Below, one piece after another: positions 57,915-64,000 of a DNA stretch of 64,000 nucleotides. The stretch is from NCBI GenBank assembly GCA_965214545.1, contig OZ243950.1, positions 59,044 to 123,043 of the forward strand, given 5' to 3'. Within the stretch, counting starts at the first letter, position 1. Each line of letters starts with the position of its first letter. Both the position numbers and the translations under genes were made by a program. Origin of the DNA: an uncultured candidatus Porisulfidus sp. (GTDB lineage Bacteria > Pseudomonadota > Gammaproteobacteria > Poriferisulfidales > Poriferisulfidaceae). The notes beneath the pieces were generated by a model. That model was not told the DNA's origin. It did not search any database and saw nothing but the letters and a program-made list of their open reading frames with translations.

Positions 57915-58361
57915 ATGCCTACTTTCGTTTATATGACACGTTGTGACGGTTGCGGTCACTGCGTCGACATCTGTCCCTCGGACATCATGCACATCGACAA
58001 GACCTATCGACGTGCCTACAACATCGAGCCCAACATGTGCTGGGAGTGCTACTCCTGCGTGAAGGCGTGCCCGCAAAACGCGATTGATGCGCGCGGCTAC
58101 GCCGACTTCGCCCCGCTCGGCCACAGCGTCCGGGTGTTGCGCGAGGAGGAAAAGGGCACGATCGCTTGGAAGATCATTTTCCAGGACGGCCGGGAAAAGA
58201 ATTTCCTGTCGCCGATTCGAACCACCGAATGGGGCACCATTCCCTCACCGGCAGAGCTGGACGTGCCCAGTGCGGACGCGCTCAAGTCTCAGGAACTCGC
58301 CCATGAGCCGGACGCGCTCAACATCGATGGCGGGCTCCCCACATTGAAGCCGGCCACTTAA
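57915..58361 (+). CDS. aprB: Adenylylsulfate reductase beta subunit
   Basis: MPTFVYMTRCDGCGHCVDICPSD, CWECYSCVKACP. Confidence 0.97.
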   Translation: MPTFVYMTRCDGCGHCVDICPSDIMHIDKTYRRAYNIEPNMCWECYSCVKACPQNAIDARGYADFAPLGHSVRVLREEEKGTIAWKIIFQDGREKNFLSPIRTTEWGTIPSPAELDVPSADALKSQELAHEPDALNIDGGLPTLKPAT

Positions 58362-58376
58362 GCAAGGAGCAGACTA

Positions 58377-60221
58377 ATGGGATTGTTTAATCGAAGGAAA
58401 ACTGTGGTCGTCGATTCCGACGTGCTCGTCGTCGGCGGCGGCATGGCCGGTTGCGGCGCCACCTACGAATCCAGGTACTGGGGACGCGACCTGAAGGTGG
58501 TCTGCGTCGAGAAGGCCAACATCGAACGCAGCGGCGCGGTCGCGCAGGGCTTGTACGCCATCAACTGCTACATGGGCATGCAGTGGGGCGAGAACCAGCC
58601 GGAAGACCATGTCCGCTATGCGCGCAACGACCTCATGGGGCTGGTGCGGGAGGACCTGGGCTATGACATCGCCCGGCACGTCGACGCCACCGTGCACAAA
58701 TTCGAAGAGTGGGGCCTGCCCCTGATGCGCGACCCGGAAACGGGGCGCTACCAGCGCGAGGGCAAATGGCAGATCATGATCCACGGCGAAAGCTACAAGC
58801 CGATCGTCGCCGAGGCGGCGCGCAAGGCCGCCAGCGAAGTCTACAACCGGATCATGGTGACCCACCTGTTGATGGATGAGTCGAAGCCGAACCGGGTGGC
58901 CGGTGCCGTCGGCTTCAATGTCCGCACCGGGGATTTCTACGTGTTCCGCGCCAAGGCCGTGATCGTGTGCGCCGGAGGCGCCTCGCATATCTACAAGCCC
59001 CGTTCCGTCGGGGAAGGCATGGGACGCACCTGGTACGCGCCGTGGAGCAGTGCCTCGGCCTATGCGCTGCCGATTTTGGCCGGCGCCAAGATGACCCAGA
59101 TGGAGAACCGCATCGTCCTGGCCCGATTCAAGGACGGCTACGGCCCGGTCGGCGCCTACTTCCTGCACCTCAAGACCTATACCCAGAATGGTTATGGCGA
59201 GGAGTACGAGTCCAAGTGGTATGAGCACACCAAGGAAATGGTCGGCGAATACATCGATCACCATCCGACCCCCACCTGCCTGCGCAATCACGCCTTCCTG
59301 GAAGAAGTGAAGGCGGGCCGGGGCCCGATCCGCATGGTGACCAAGGAGGCCTTCCAGGACCCGCACAAGGAAACCGTGGGCTGGGAGAACTTCCTCGGCA
59401 TGACCATTGGCCAGGCGGTGGTCTGGGCGGCACAGAACATCGATCCCAAGCACATCAACCCGGAACTGACGACGTCCGAGCCCTACGTCATGGGCTCCCA
59501 CGCGACCTGTTCGGGCGCCTGGGCCAGCGGCCCGGAGGATGTGGCACCGTCGGATTACCAGTGGGGCTACAACCGGATGATGACCGTGGAAGGCTTGTTC
59601 GGCGCCGGCGATACGATTGGCGGCAGCGCGCACAAGTTCTCATCGGGGTCCTACACCGAAGGCCGCATCGCGGCCAAGGCGGCGGTCAACTACATCAACG
59701 ACCTGAAGAACGAAAAGCTTCAAGTCAGCGAGAAGCAGTGCCAGGACCTGAAAGAGACGATCTACAAGCCGCTGGAGAACTACGAGGTCGGCCGCAACGA
59801 GATCGTGGCGGGCACCGTCTCGCCGAGCTATATTCTGCCGATCCACGGCCTGCAGCGCCTCGAGAAGATCATGGACGAATATGTCGGCGGGATCAGCACC
59901 AACTACATGACCAACGAGCCCTTGCTCACGCGCGGTCTGGAACTGCTGGACATGCTGAAGACGGACCTCGACAGCATCGGCGCCGAAGACCTCCACCAGT
60001 TGCAGCGCACCTGGGAGCTCCAGCACCGGTTCCTGGCCTCGCAGTCGGTCGCGCACCACACGCTGTTCCGCAAGGAGACGCGCTGGCCCGGCTACTACTA
60101 CCGGGGCGATTTCCCGAAACTCGACGACCAGGACTGGCATTGCCTCACCCTGTCCCGCTATGACCGGGAATCCGACGAGTGGGAAATGGAGAAGGCGCCG
60201 GTCCACCACATCATCGACTGA
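58377..60221 (+). CDS. aprA: Adenylylsulfate reductase alpha subunit
   Basis: GGGMAGCG, RSGAVAQGL, WQIMIHGESYK, MTQMENR, HKFSSGS, ETRWPGYYYR. Confidence 0.98.
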   Translation: MGLFNRRKTVVVDSDVLVVGGGMAGCGATYESRYWGRDLKVVCVEKANIERSGAVAQGLYAINCYMGMQWGENQPEDHVRYARNDLMGLVREDLGYDIARHVDATVHKFEEWGLPLMRDPETGRYQREGKWQIMIHGESYKPIVAEAARKAASEVYNRIMVTHLLMDESKPNRVAGAVGFNVRTGDFYVFRAKAVIVCAGGASHIYKPRSVGEGMGRTWYAPWSSASAYALPILAGAKMTQMENRIVLARFKDGYGPVGAYFLHLKTYTQNGYGEEYESKWYEHTKEMVGEYIDHHPTPTCLRNHAFLEEVKAGRGPIRMVTKEAFQDPHKETVGWENFLGMTIGQAVVWAAQNIDPKHINPELTTSEPYVMGSHATCSGAWASGPEDVAPSDYQWGYNRMMTVEGLFGAGDTIGGSAHKFSSGSYTEGRIAAKAAVNYINDLKNEKLQVSEKQCQDLKETIYKPLENYEVGRNEIVAGTVSPSYILPIHGLQRLEKIMDEYVGGISTNYMTNEPLLTRGLELLDMLKTDLDSIGAEDLHQLQRTWELQHRFLASQSVAHHTLFRKETRWPGYYYRGDFPKLDDQDWHCLTLSRYDRESDEWEMEKAPVHHIID

Positions 60222-60404
60222 ACGGCGCGGCAGACGCTGCGCGGGATGCTCGCCCGGCCCCCACGGGGGCCGGCCGCGGGCAGTGCCGGACCGGGCGGAA
60301 TCGGGCGCCCGGGCCCCGGCAGAATCGGGGAAGAACAGAGTCCCGGAATCCGGCCCGATAACAGGAACATGACGGCGCCGAAGCGGAAATTAATTTTCGC
60401 CTTG

Positions 60405-60413
60405 TGCTATAAT
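60405..60413 (+). promoter_or_regulatory. Extended -10 promoter of str operon
   Basis: TGCTATAAT followed by GC-rich discriminator TCGCCGCC, about 85 nt upstream of rpsL. Confidence 0.55.
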
Positions 60414-60496
60414 TCGCCGCCGGATTTGGTGGGCCAGCCTCCGACCACGGGAGCTGGCCTGTTTTTATAAATGACCGCCAATTCATTGATGACACG

Positions 60497-61373
<877 letters not shown>

Positions 61374-61377
61374 GACC

Positions 61378-63474
<2,097 letters not shown>

Positions 63475-63490
63475 ACACGAGGAGGACACG

Positions 63491-64000
<510 letters not shown>

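Noticed and set aside
60254-60273. GC hairpin CCGGCCCC-CACG-GGGGCCGG after aprA as an intrinsic terminator
   Set aside because: No U tract, and such hairpins are common in very GC-rich spacers.

Overview
High-GC gammaproteobacterial chromosome segment, probably from a sulfur oxidizer (aprMBA, persulfide dioxygenase, SulP). The backbone is mostly housekeeping: pncC-recA-recX-alaS-lysC-csrA-tRNA-Ser, holA-proA-prfB-lysS, ygfZ, xseB-dxs, metY, slt, rnd, mreBCD, gatCAB, hemA-prfA-prmC, lolB-ispE-tRNA-Gln-prs and rpsL-rpsG-fusA-tuf. Three things stand out. (1) A tightly coupled bacterial sterol-demethylation operon (sdmB-sdmA-sterol reductase-CYP51) runs off the left edge, and the ORF track missed the CYP51 start. 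(2) A 5.6 kb lower-GC islet behind tRNA-Ser holds a HigB/Gp49-type toxin gene split by two insertions: an IS1595-family element carrying a putative restriction-modification pair, and an internally deleted ISL3 with perfect 23 bp IRs and an 8 bp target duplication. The toxin promoter/operator and the HigA antitoxin remain intact. (3) An AT-rich array of regularly spaced repeat/palindromic sites lies upstream of an AAA+/DUF4143 gene. Also seen: a frameshift in the prmC 3' end, a nested aspartokinase beta-subunit start, the prfB programmed frameshift, an unannotated 51 aa membrane ORF, and two further toxin-antitoxin pairs. All family calls come from motif recognition by eye; no searches were run.
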